A DNA stretch of 64,000 nt from Longimicrobiales bacterium. Its GTDB lineage: Bacteria; Gemmatimonadota; Gemmatimonadetes; Longimicrobiales; Gaopeijiaceae. Where the stretch lies: positions 96,001 through 160,000 of the forward strand of contig CBDDCX010000006.1 in assembly GCA_965226375.1 (NCBI GenBank), read 5' to 3'. Shown here piece after piece: positions 37,795-47,298 of the stretch. A program made the position numbers and the translations under genes. The notes beneath the pieces were generated by a model, which saw only the letters and a program-made list of their open reading frames with translations, was not told the DNA's origin and ran no database searches. Position 1 is the stretch's first letter, and the number at the start of each line of letters is the position of its first letter.

Positions 37795-39437
37795 CCCTGG
37801 TAGGAAACGTCCGGCCGGCGCTGCTGATGTTGATGGGAGCGGTGGGCCTGGTCCTCCTGATAGTCTGCGCCAACGTGGCGAATCTCCTATTGGCGCGGAC
37901 GGCGGCACGTGATCGTGAGGTAGCAGTTCGCATCGCTCTGGGAGCCGGGCGCTTACGACTCGTCCGGCAGCTTCTCACCGAGAGCGTGCTGCTGGCAGTG
38001 GTGGGCGGGTTGGCGGGAGTCGGGTTGGCGTATGGCGGTCTACGTGTCATCCTCGCCTTGGCGCCATCCCAAGCCGTCCCCCGGGTCACCGAGATCAGCA
38101 TGGACGGCCGAATCCTTGCGGTCATGGCCGCCGTGACGTTGGCCACTGCCGTACTGTTCGGTCTGGTTCCCGCGCTCAAGAGATCACGCTCGCGTTTGGC
38201 CCACACCATGAAGGAGGGCACTCGGGGCATGCGGGCTATGCCGGGTGGACGCCGTCGGGGATCTCTCGTGGTGTTGGAGACGGCGGTGGCCATGGTGCTC
38301 GTCGTCGCGTCGGGCCTGCTCATCCGGAGCTTCGCGGCCGTCCAGTCGGTCGATCCGGGGTTCGATCCGGACGGTCTTTGGGAGATCTCACTCTCGTTAC
38401 CGTTTACCCAATATCCGAGCGAGCGCTGGCCCGAGGTGGAGACGTTCTTTGATCAGGTCACGCGCCGGACGCGTGAAATGCCGGGTGTCCGTGACGCCGC
38501 TATTGCGTACGCGGGTCCGACGAACCCGAGTTGGACGATTGGCTTTTGGGTCGACGGGCGCCCGGAACCCGCCGGAAACGTGCGGCCCGAGGCACAATAC
38601 CGCCCGGTCTCTCCAGGCTACTTCCGGACCGCAGGCATCCCCCTCGTACGTGGTCGTGATTTCACCGACCTCGACGATTCGAAGTCCACGGGTGTGGTGA
38701 TCGTGAATCAGGCGTTCGCCGACCAGCACTTTCCCGGCGAGGACCCCATCGGCCAGGTACTACTGATCGGCAGCTGGTGGGAGGATATCGCGATCGCCCG
38801 CTGGGAGGTTGTCGGGCTGGCGCCGAACGTCCGCTATTTCGGTCGTGAGTCCGAGACGCTCCCGGGTTACTACTTTCCCCACGCTCAGCGCCCCATGACG
38901 GACATGGTGCTCCTGGTACGGGTCGACGGCGACATTGCCGATGTGTTGCCGTTGATTCGCCAGGAGGTCTGGAGTTTCGACGGGAGCGTGCCGGTGGAGA
39001 GAGTCTCGCCGAGCGAGCAGGCCCTGGTAACCTCGGTGGCCGGTCGGCGCTTCAACACGATCCTTCTGGGCGTCTTCGGCGGAGTGGCTCTGCTGCTGGC
39101 GGCCGTCGGTCTGTACGGCGTTCTGTCCTACACGGTGTCCCAGAGGACCCATGAGATGGGAGTGCGGGTGTCCTTGGGTGCTCAGCCCGCAGATGTCCGA
39201 CGACTGGTGGTCATGCAGGGGCTTAGACTCGCCCTCGGGGGCCTCGCGCTGGGCCTCGTTGCGGCCTTCGGATTCAGTCGCCTCGCGTCGTCCCTCCTGT
39301 TCGGGGTCACGGAGGGTGACCCGGTCACGTTGGCGACCGTCTCTGGTCTGCTGATCGGGGTCGCGGTTCTGGCCAGTTACCTCCCGGCGCGTCGGGCCAC
39401 ACGGATCGATCCCGTGACGGCATTGAGAGCGGACTAG
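37791..39437 (+). pseudogene. ADOP permease #5, lacking its N-terminal third
   Basis: Begins at [34 protein letters not shown] (second TM block), with no prefix, TM1 or first periplasmic domain. Ends PARRATRIDPVTALRAD. Confidence 0.85.
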
Positions 39438-39599
39438 TGTCCAGACCCGGGTAGGGATCCGGAGTGTGCAAGTCTTCACCCTTCGATCGTCATCAGATAC
39501 GTAGGGCGGCTCCAAGGGGTCGTCCGTGGGGTAACTGAGCCAAGCCTCGGAGCCCCAACGGGAGAGATTCGCTCTCCGATGTGATCGAATGAGGACGCC

Positions 39600-40106
39600 G
39601 TGGACGCTGACTGGGCAGAGCTCTACCGAACGACGCTGCCGGATCTGGTTCGCTTTCTGCACCGCAAGGTGTGGGATTTGGAGCGTGCCAAGGACCTGGC
39701 ACAGGAGACGTTCGTCCGGGCGTTACGGGAGCAACCGGACAAGCCCCGCGCGTGGCTTTTTACGGTTGCGGCCAACCTGGCCCGTGACGAGGCGCGAACC
39801 GCCATACGGCGCAAGAAACACCTCACGCTACTCAAGTCCGAGGCGGAAGTGCGTGGGCCGGCCCCCGATCCGCAGGCGGAGCTCGAACGGGGGGAGCGCG
39901 AGGCGGAGGTGCGGAGGGCTCTGGAGTCCCTGGGGGAGAGAGACCGTGAGGCCCTTCTCCTGTGGGATGCGGGGCAGAACTACGAAGACATCGCAGAGGC
40001 GCTGGACCTGGCGGTGGGCGCGGTGGGAACCACGCTCGCCCGTGCCCGGCAGCGGCTCGTGAAGGCGCATGGAGACTTGGAGCAATCAGATGTCGCACGT
40101 CGGTAA
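39600..40106 (+). CDS. ECF sigma-70 factor
   Basis: AKDLAQETFVRAL...AWLFTVAANLARD (region 2), NYEDIAEALDLAVGAVGTTLARAR (region 4). Confidence 0.92.
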   Translation: MDADWAELYRTTLPDLVRFLHRKVWDLERAKDLAQETFVRALREQPDKPRAWLFTVAANLARDEARTAIRRKKHLTLLKSEAEVRGPAPDPQAELERGEREAEVRRALESLGERDREALLLWDAGQNYEDIAEALDLAVGAVGTTLARARQRLVKAHGDLEQSDVARR

Positions 40107-41307
40107 GGGAGATATCCACGCCTACCTCGACGGCGCCCTGGGCGCCTATCCCGAGGGTGAGGCCAATCGCGTGGGACAGCACCTGGACGAGTGCGAGGCG
40201 TGCGCTCGATCCTTGGATGAAGAGCGAGAGCTCCGTATGGTCGCGTCGGAAATTCTGGCCGCTACGGCCGAGGCTCCCATGGACCTGGCACCGTTCGAAG
40301 AACTGGTGGCAGGGGCGGACGAGGCAGAGTCGACCCGCCCGTCCGGCGGGACGTCGAAGTTCAGGGTGCTCCGCATGGCCGCCACGGTGGTGATTTCCCT
40401 CGGTGCCGGATGGATGGCCCATGATCTGACCGGACCCGGCAGCGAACTGGCAACCGCGCCTGCGCTCGACGCGGTGCGAACCCAGGAGGGCGTTCCGTCG
40501 CGAGCTGACGAGGCCCTGAATCCGTTCCAGGCCGAGCCCGAACTCAGGCAGGCCGATCAGGGCGACTTTACCGCCCAGGTTGCGTCACCCGTGCAGTCGC
40601 AGGACCTCGACGCCGAGGCGGTGCCACCCATTGCCTGTGCGGCACTCTCCGACGTGGTAATAGCGCCGACCGACGCGCCGGCCGCCGCGGTCCCCATGGA
40701 GTCCGCCGATGAGGTTGAGGCCGGACGGCGCGACGCGGTCGGCGGCGCTCTCCGGTTGGATCAGCAGCGAGCGTCCGAGGCAGCGCCCCAAGCGGCCGGA
40801 CCAGCCGCTCCCCTGGAGCGGAGAAGGCGCGAGGCGGTCGACCCGACCAGCGTCATGGACAACCGAGCTGTCACGGGAGTGGCCAGAGGCGTGGCTGCCT
40901 CCGTCCTGGCGGAGGATGTCACGAAGTCCAATCAGGATGAGCTGTTCGCGGACAATGCCAACGCGATGAGTCTCAATGAAATGTCAGTCACCGGGCGCAC
41001 GAGCTCCTTCGTCATCCCAGGCCTCTCGATCCGGGACGTCCGGTTCGGGGGAGGCGCCGAGGGTTTCGATTCTGCGGTGACGATCATTCAGGAGCTCCCG
41101 GACGGGCGCGTCGTGGAGTTGCGCTTCGTACCCACCCTGGCGGAGCGAGACACATCGAGGGACGCTGAGGGGATCCCCGTCGCACGCCTCCCGGACGGGT
41201 GGAACCAGGTCGTTCGAGAACTCCTGGATGGTCTGGCTATTCTCCGCGGCCCGCTCGGTGAAGCCGAGTTATCCGAACTACTCGACCAGGCGCTCGCCCG
41301 GCGCTGA
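40090..41307 (+). CDS. Zinc-binding (zf-HC2) anti-sigma factor with TM segment
   Basis: IHAYLDG...HLDECEAC, TM RMAATVVISLGAGWMA. Overlaps the sigma gene. Confidence 0.82.
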   Translation: MSHVGKGDIHAYLDGALGAYPEGEANRVGQHLDECEACARSLDEERELRMVASEILAATAEAPMDLAPFEELVAGADEAESTRPSGGTSKFRVLRMAATVVISLGAGWMAHDLTGPGSELATAPALDAVRTQEGVPSRADEALNPFQAEPELRQADQGDFTAQVASPVQSQDLDAEAVPPIACAALSDVVIAPTDAPAAAVPMESADEVEAGRRDAVGGALRLDQQRASEAAPQAAGPAAPLERRRREAVDPTSVMDNRAVTGVARGVAASVLAEDVTKSNQDELFADNANAMSLNEMSVTGRTSSFVIPGLSIRDVRFGGGAEGFDSAVTIIQELPDGRVVELRFVPTLAERDTSRDAEGIPVARLPDGWNQVVRELLDGLAILRGPLGEAELSELLDQALARR

Positions 41308-41353
41308 GCCCGCCGCTTTCCGATGCCTGCCGGTGGGTCGGTCCCCCGAGGCC

Positions 41354-44035
41354 TTACTTTTTCCGCATGGCTGACATGGGATCGACCCGAGTGGCGCGGA
41401 ACGCCGGGATGTAGTTGGCCACCAGCGCCACCACCATCAGGGCCGCCGGCACACCGATGAACGTCACCGGATCTCGGGGGCTTATGCCGACCACCATGCT
41501 CTCCAGGACGGGACTCAGCAGGAGCGCTCCGACGATTCCGACCGCGGCTCCGGCGGTCATCAGCGTCCCGCCCTTGTAAAGCACCATGCGCAGCACGTCC
41601 CCTCGCTGGGCACCGAGTGCCATCCGCAGGCTGATCTCGGCCTTTCTCTCCGAGACCATATACGACATCACTCCGTAGATCCCCAGGCCCGCCATGACCA
41701 GCGCGAACACAGCGAAGGTCATCGCCAAAGTCAGGAGGGCGAGGCTGAACGACGAGCTATCGTATTTGTATTGCTCCATGGTGCGGACGTCGTCGACCGG
41801 TTGTGCCGGATCCACGGACCGGACGGCGTTCTTGATGCCGGCCAGGGCCTCCGTGGGCTCGCCGCGGGTGCGCGCGAGTAGTACCATGCGCCTCCGTGGC
41901 GTCTGCGAGAGTGGCAGGTAGATCTGCGGCACGTGCTCGATCGACGGACCGGGTCCGTACTCGGTCCCGCCTGCGATGCCGACGATGGTCAACCAGTCCT
42001 CCGACTCGGAGCTGGCGGGAAGGATCCGCTGCCCGATGGGGTTTTCACCGGGCCAGTACTTTTCCGCGGCGGCAAGGCTGACGATCACTACAGGCGGTGC
42101 CTCGCCATTGTCCTGGAGTTCGAGACTCCGTCCCCTGAGCAGCGGCACCCGCAGCACGTCGAGGTAGTCCCGGCTGATCACGGTCTCGACCGCCCGCGGC
42201 TGGTCCCGCTCGTCGACCACCGGCCTTCCCTCGATTTCGAACCGTGATCCTTGGGATGTGACGCCGGGCCGCGTGTTCACCAGAGCGATGCCTTCCACGT
42301 CGGGGAGGGCGACGGCTGTGGCCAGCAGTTCGTCGAAGAACTGTCGAGCCCGCTGGTCCTCGGCGTAACCGGACTCGGGCAAGTCCACGACCATGGACAG
42401 CACACCCGTGCCCTCGTATCCACGGTCGATCGTCTGGATCAGCAGGTTGGTTCGTGTAGACACGCCGGCCACCACCATGAGAATGAGGGCCAGGGCCATC
42501 TGCGAGATCACGAGTGCCCCCCGGAGGCGACCCCCCTTGCGGCCGCTCGCTCCCAAGACCCCGCCATCCTTCAGCGTGGCGCTGACGTCGGTGCGACTGC
42601 CCCGCAAGGCCGGAATCAATCCGAAGATGACGGGTGCCGCCAAGGTTACGATCAGGGGGAACGTCAGTACGTGGCGGTCGATTATGGCCGTCGTGAACAG
42701 CGCCTCCCGCCCGCGGGTGATCGCCACCAGCAGGCGCATCAGGCCATGGGCCATGGCCAAGCCCATCACCCCCGCCGACGTGGCCACGAGTACGCTCTCG
42801 GTCAGCAGTTGGCGGATGATACGGAGCCTGCTGGCACCAAGGGCCACGCGCACCGCCAACTCACGGCTACGGCCCGGGGACCGCGCGAGGAGCATGTTGG
42901 CCACGTTGGCGCAGGCGATCATGAGCACGAACCCGCCCGTCAGTCCCAACAGGAGCAGGATCGCGGGAAGCTCATCGCCCAGCAGCAGGGTCCGCGTGTC
43001 CACCACGTGCATATTCCAGTTGCCGTTGGTTTCCGGATAGAGCTCCGAGAGGTGCTCACCCAGGGCGGTTATGTCCTCGTCGGCTTGCTCGACCGTGACG
43101 CCCGGCAGGAGCCGCCCCGACACCAGGAGGGTTCTTGCTTCCCGATCGCCACCTGTCTCCGGTTCGTCGAGGGGCAGCCAAAGCCTTGCGAGGCCGAGGC
43201 TCGCGAACTCCATGCGCGACGATACGACCCCAACGATCGTGTGTTGGCTTCCGTCTATGCGAAGCGTCTGACCGAGGACGTCGGGATCGCCTCCGAAGCG
43301 TTCCTCCCAGAACCCGTAGGAAAGCAGAACGACGGGTGCCGCTCCGGGCCGATCCTCCCCCGGCAGAAAGTCGCGACCCAACGCCATCGGGACTCTCCAG
43401 TTGCCCAAGAAGTTGTCGGTGGCTTTGTGGATCGCCACTCGCTCGGGCTCGTCGCCACCCGTGAGAATGGCGTTCTCCATCATGAGCCCCGAGAGGCCTT
43501 CGAAGCTGCGTTGGTCCCGCCGAAGGTCCACCAGATCCTGGAAGCTTACTCCCTCTTGGAACTGGCCGGTGGCGGCATCGTTCATCGACAAGAACCCGAG
43601 CGTCTCGTCGTCCTGCATTGGCAGGTCCTGGAACGCCACGATGTTGACCAGGCTGAAAATCGCCGTGTTCACGCCGATGGCGAGAGCCAGGGCGAGTGCG
43701 GAGATGACCGCGTAGCCGGGGCTCTTCTTTAGGCTACGAAGGCCGTATCCGATATCCTGCCACAGGGTCTCCATCAGTAGACCGCCCTCCCTGGAGCGAG
43801 ACGAGCGTTCGCGAAACCGGAGCGTGAGGTTGGACTTGAACGACGACAGGACCTGTCGGCGGTACCAGCGGCGAGCCGTAACAACACCCTCGGCGTCTGC
43901 CAGGGTCCGGAACTCCTCGGCCAGGTCGCCGACTTGGTTGTCGCGATACCGACCGGGCAGGATCAGCGAGAGGATAACGCGGGCGAGCCTGGGTGGACTC
44001 GCTGGCGGGGGTGACCGATGCTTCCGGGTGTTCAT
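41354..44035 (-). CDS. ADOP-family duplicated ABC permease #6
   Basis: Prefix PPRLARVILSLILPGRYRDNQVGDLAEEF...ARRWYRRQV, then WQDIGYGLRSLKKSPGY, ATRVDPMSAMRKK. Confidence 0.92.
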   Translation of the reverse strand: MNTRKHRSPPPASPPRLARVILSLILPGRYRDNQVGDLAEEFRTLADAEGVVTARRWYRRQVLSSFKSNLTLRFRERSSRSREGGLLMETLWQDIGYGLRSLKKSPGYAVISALALALAIGVNTAIFSLVNIVAFQDLPMQDDETLGFLSMNDAATGQFQEGVSFQDLVDLRRDQRSFEGLSGLMMENAILTGGDEPERVAIHKATDNFLGNWRVPMALGRDFLPGEDRPGAAPVVLLSYGFWEERFGGDPDVLGQTLRIDGSQHTIVGVVSSRMEFASLGLARLWLPLDEPETGGDREARTLLVSGRLLPGVTVEQADEDITALGEHLSELYPETNGNWNMHVVDTRTLLLGDELPAILLLLGLTGGFVLMIACANVANMLLARSPGRSRELAVRVALGASRLRIIRQLLTESVLVATSAGVMGLAMAHGLMRLLVAITRGREALFTTAIIDRHVLTFPLIVTLAAPVIFGLIPALRGSRTDVSATLKDGGVLGASGRKGGRLRGALVISQMALALILMVVAGVSTRTNLLIQTIDRGYEGTGVLSMVVDLPESGYAEDQRARQFFDELLATAVALPDVEGIALVNTRPGVTSQGSRFEIEGRPVVDERDQPRAVETVISRDYLDVLRVPLLRGRSLELQDNGEAPPVVIVSLAAAEKYWPGENPIGQRILPASSESEDWLTIVGIAGGTEYGPGPSIEHVPQIYLPLSQTPRRRMVLLARTRGEPTEALAGIKNAVRSVDPAQPVDDVRTMEQYKYDSSSFSLALLTLAMTFAVFALVMAGLGIYGVMSYMVSERKAEISLRMALGAQRGDVLRMVLYKGGTLMTAGAAVGIVGALLLSPVLESMVVGISPRDPVTFIGVPAALMVVALVANYIPAFRATRVDPMSAMRKK

Positions 44036-44367
44036 AGCAGCCCCTCCGGATCCAGCTCCAGCTTCTCCCAGAAGCGGGCCAGGGTCTCACGGGCGTCAAC
44101 CAGCGCCTCCAGCCCCGGGGGGCGGAGTTCGTAGAAGCGCTTTGCGCGGCCTCCGCGCTCTGGGGTCGGGCTGCCCACGTCCGATCGGATGAGCCCTTTG
44201 CGCTCCATGCGGTCGAGGGCGGCGTAGACTGATCCGATGGATACGGGTCGCTCGGATCGCTCCTCGATCTCGTTACGGATGGCCACCCCGTAGGCGCCCG
44301 CTTTCAAACGTGCCACGGCCAGGAGTGTGATCTGCTCGAACTCGCCGAGAAAGGCGCTGTGAGGCAT
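44032..44367 (-). CDS. PadR-family regulator (LGEFEQ subtype)
   Basis: LGEFEQITLLAV...AYGVAI...SIGSVYAALDRMERKG...PTPERGGRAKRFY. Four-nt overlap with ADOP #6. Confidence 0.93.
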   Translation of the reverse strand: MPHSAFLGEFEQITLLAVARLKAGAYGVAIRNEIEERSERPVSIGSVYAALDRMERKGLIRSDVGSPTPERGGRAKRFYELRPPGLEALVDARETLARFWEKLELDPEGLL

Positions 44368-44533
44368 GGTTCCTCAATTTAATCATGGTCCGTGAAGATA
44401 TCCCTGAAGAGTCCTACGGGAGTGTCGACGAAAGAGTTTCACACGTTGGCCCACGATGTGCCCGGCCGTAAACTATACGCCTTGCTTCGTACCTTTCATG
44501 GGCTTGTTTCGCACTGTCGACCGGATAGATGAG

Positions 44534-46108
44534 ATGAAGACGGGATTGGCGTTGTGGGTTGGGGTCGTGGTGTCGGTATCCTCCGCCTGTGCCCAGGAGT
44601 CCGGCGTGACGCCGTCCACCTCGGAGGTAAGCCTGGCGCCCCTGACGGTGGATGTGCTGGAAGCGGCGGCGTCCATCACGCCGGACGACTATCTCCGGAA
44701 GATCTCGGTCATCGCCCACGACAGCATGGGAGGACGCGATACGCCTAGTCCCGGGCTGGAGATGACGGCAGCATGGATCGCTAGCGAGTTCGAGCGGCTC
44801 GGGCTGACTCCGGGGGGGGACGACGGCGGCTACATTCAGCGCTACGCCATCCAGAGTGTGGGTCCGGATATCGTCGCTTCTTCAGCTGAGGTGAGTGGGG
44901 GCGGGGAGTTGAGGTTCGGCCGCGACCTGATGACGTCCTTCGGGGCTGCCGAAGGAGACGCCGAGGGCGAAGTCGTGGTCCTGGCCGGCACCGGGAGCGT
45001 GACCCCGGAGATCGGCGCGGCGGTCAATGGCAAGCATGTAATCGTGGCGTCCTTACCCGCCGGGGTCGACCGAAGCAGCTTTCGTTTCGTGTCCAACCTC
45101 CGACGGGAAGGGGCACTCTCCGTGCTCGTAGCCACAGACAAGTCGGATCGTGACTGGAACCGGAGCGTTGAGAGCCTGACGAACATCTCCAGCGTTCGCG
45201 TGGGCTTCAACGGGGGTGGATCACGCGGACTGACTCTCGAAGTCCGAGACCGGGCCATCGAGCCGATCCTCGCGGCCTACGGCGTCGACCTCATGTCGGC
45301 TCGCGATCGTCGGGGCGTCACCGTCTCGGATGCCCCGGGACTGATCCTGAGTTTGTCCTCGAACGTCCGGGTCATCGACGACGACTCGGCACCCAATGTG
45401 GTGGGCATCATCGAAGGGAGCGATCCGGAGCTCAAGGACGAGTACGTGGTGTTCAGCGCCCACATGGACCACATCGGCATCGGGTCACCGAACGCCGAAG
45501 GGGACAGCATCAACAACGGCGCGGACGACGATGCGTCGGGAACCACCGCGATTCTCGAGCTTGCCGAGGCCTACGCGAGCATGGTCACCAGGCCCAAGCG
45601 TTCCATGATCTTCCTGGCCGTGAGCGGGGAGGAGAAGGGCTTATGGGGCAGTGAGTACTTCGCGAACAACCCACCGGTGCCGGTCGACCGCATGGTGGCG
45701 AATCTGAACGCTGATATGATTGGGCGGAACTGGTCGGACACCATCGTGGTCATCGGCAAGGAGCATTCTGACCTGGGGGCGACCATGAATCAGGTCAACG
45801 GAGCCCATCCGGAGCTCGATATGACCGCCATCGACGACATCTGGCCGGACCAACGATTCTACTTCCGATCGGACCACTTCAACTTTGCGCAGAAGGGAGT
45901 GCCGATCCTGTTCTTCTTCAACGGCACCCACGAGGACTACCATGGGGTGAACGACGAGGTGGACCGGATCGACATCGACAAGGCGTCGAGGATCACCAAG
46001 CTCTTGTTCTTCCTGGGCTACGAAGTGGCCGAGCGGACGGAGCGGCCGCAGTGGAACCCGGAAAGCCGCAGCCAGATCGTGTCCGACGGGCAGTGGGACG
46101 AGGGGTAG
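44534..46108 (+). CDS. Secreted M28-family metallopeptidase
   Basis: SAHMDH, NGADDDASG, SGEEKGLWGS, RSDH, HEDYH. Signal peptide. Confidence 0.92.
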   Translation: MKTGLALWVGVVVSVSSACAQESGVTPSTSEVSLAPLTVDVLEAAASITPDDYLRKISVIAHDSMGGRDTPSPGLEMTAAWIASEFERLGLTPGGDDGGYIQRYAIQSVGPDIVASSAEVSGGGELRFGRDLMTSFGAAEGDAEGEVVVLAGTGSVTPEIGAAVNGKHVIVASLPAGVDRSSFRFVSNLRREGALSVLVATDKSDRDWNRSVESLTNISSVRVGFNGGGSRGLTLEVRDRAIEPILAAYGVDLMSARDRRGVTVSDAPGLILSLSSNVRVIDDDSAPNVVGIIEGSDPELKDEYVVFSAHMDHIGIGSPNAEGDSINNGADDDASGTTAILELAEAYASMVTRPKRSMIFLAVSGEEKGLWGSEYFANNPPVPVDRMVANLNADMIGRNWSDTIVVIGKEHSDLGATMNQVNGAHPELDMTAIDDIWPDQRFYFRSDHFNFAQKGVPILFFFNGTHEDYHGVNDEVDRIDIDKASRITKLLFFLGYEVAERTERPQWNPESRSQIVSDGQWDEG

Positions 46109-46190
46109 AACGTCGAATCCCTGTCAATATGCGGCCCTGACACTCGGAATTCTGACCCGTTTTTTGGGCATGTTGGTCCGAAATGCGAAA

Positions 46191-46227
46191 AAAAAGCCCT
46201 TCGCCGTTGCTCGGCGAAGGGCTTTTT
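46191..46227. terminator. Bidirectional intrinsic terminator
   Basis: AAAAAGCCCTTCGCCG-TTGCT-CGGCGAAGGGCTTTTT between convergent genes. Confidence 0.88.
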
Positions 46228-46241
46228 CCCCGACAGGGCCC

Positions 46242-46556
46242 CTAGTTGGGTTGATCTCCCAATAAGGGGACACATACGAAGAGGTCATCCAGACCCAGGG
46301 CCTTCAGGAGACGCCACGCTCCCTCGGGAAGGTCCACCAGCCAAACCTGTCGATTCTCCGAGCCGGCGATCTGCTGCGCCGTGAGAAGCATCGTAAGTCC
46401 AGCTAGGTCAAGGATTTGCGTCCCGTGGAAATCGATTACCAGATCGAGCTCCGGGGGCGTCTCGAGGGGTGCGGTCTCTGTGGGCTCGGTGGCGACAACC
46501 GGCATGTTAGCCGGAAGCTGCCGACCCCACCTGTTGCTATCGTGCCCGTTCATCAT
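46242..46556 (-). CDS. STAS-domain protein (anti-anti-sigma-like)
   Basis: LVIDFHGTQILDLAGLTMLL...RLLKALGLDDLF. Confidence 0.75.
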   Translation of the reverse strand: MMNGHDSNRWGRQLPANMPVVATEPTETAPLETPPELDLVIDFHGTQILDLAGLTMLLTAQQIAGSENRQVWLVDLPEGAWRLLKALGLDDLFVCVPLLGDQPN

Positions 46557-46742
46557 GACCTCCTCGCGTCGTTGGGCGGGCGCCGTCGCGGCGGCCGCCC
46601 CACCATATCTCGTATCAAGAGTCGTGCCTAACTGTACGCGGTAGCGGCACGCGCATTGCCGTAGTGCATCGCGGATGCGCCATTCGGGTAGGAGATTGCG
46701 GAGCGGAGTCCGCCCGGAGGCGACCTCGGTCGGGAGAGATTC

Positions 46743-47297
46743 ATGGGCTCAGTCGTGAAAGCCATATTGGGAGCACTTCTGGTGACGTGCGTGGTGCCTT
46801 CGTCTTCAGACGCACAGCGTCGGGGACCCGACAACGCTGCCGTTTATGCGTACTACCGGACGGTCGGCCAGGCCTTCTCGGTCTCGTTGGAAGAGATGGG
46901 GATTCTGGGAGAATGGCGGTTGCCGCCCGAAGAGATCACGGTGGTCCTCTTCCTGTCGAGGCGTGCGGGTGTGTCGCCCGACGCGATCGCCACTCAGCGG
47001 GACGCTGGAGCGCCCTGGTCGACCATAGCCCAACGATACGGTGTGGGTGCCGGCGTCTTCCGCATCGCCTTTCCTCCGGGCACCAGCCTGGGCTCGCTGG
47101 AGGACACCTATCGGAGCTTTACCGAAACGCCACGCGATTCCTGGGCCACGATCGTTATTGAGGACCGGGCCTTGGTGGCGCTTGTGAACATTCGCATTCT
47201 CTCCAACCAACTCGGCGTCCCCGCCGCCGATGTGCTCGCCACCTGGGAGCGCACTGGTAATCTGGTGCTGGTCCACGAACAACTCACGAGCAGCTAA
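46743..47297 (+). CDS. Hypothetical secreted helical protein
   Basis: Signal peptide (…SDAQ), RBS GGGAGAG. The stop is 1 nt from the next ATG. Confidence 0.75.
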   Translation: MGSVVKAILGALLVTCVVPSSSDAQRRGPDNAAVYAYYRTVGQAFSVSLEEMGILGEWRLPPEEITVVLFLSRRAGVSPDAIATQRDAGAPWSTIAQRYGVGAGVFRIAFPPGTSLGSLEDTYRSFTETPRDSWATIVIEDRALVALVNIRILSNQLGVPAADVLATWERTGNLVLVHEQLTSS

Positions 47298-47298
47298 C

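Noticed and set aside
42251..43732. Long antisense ORFs such as this 493-aa one (also 47284-48288, 49457-50437, 59557-60534)
   Set aside because: Shadow ORFs opposite well-supported genes, expected in high-GC DNA.
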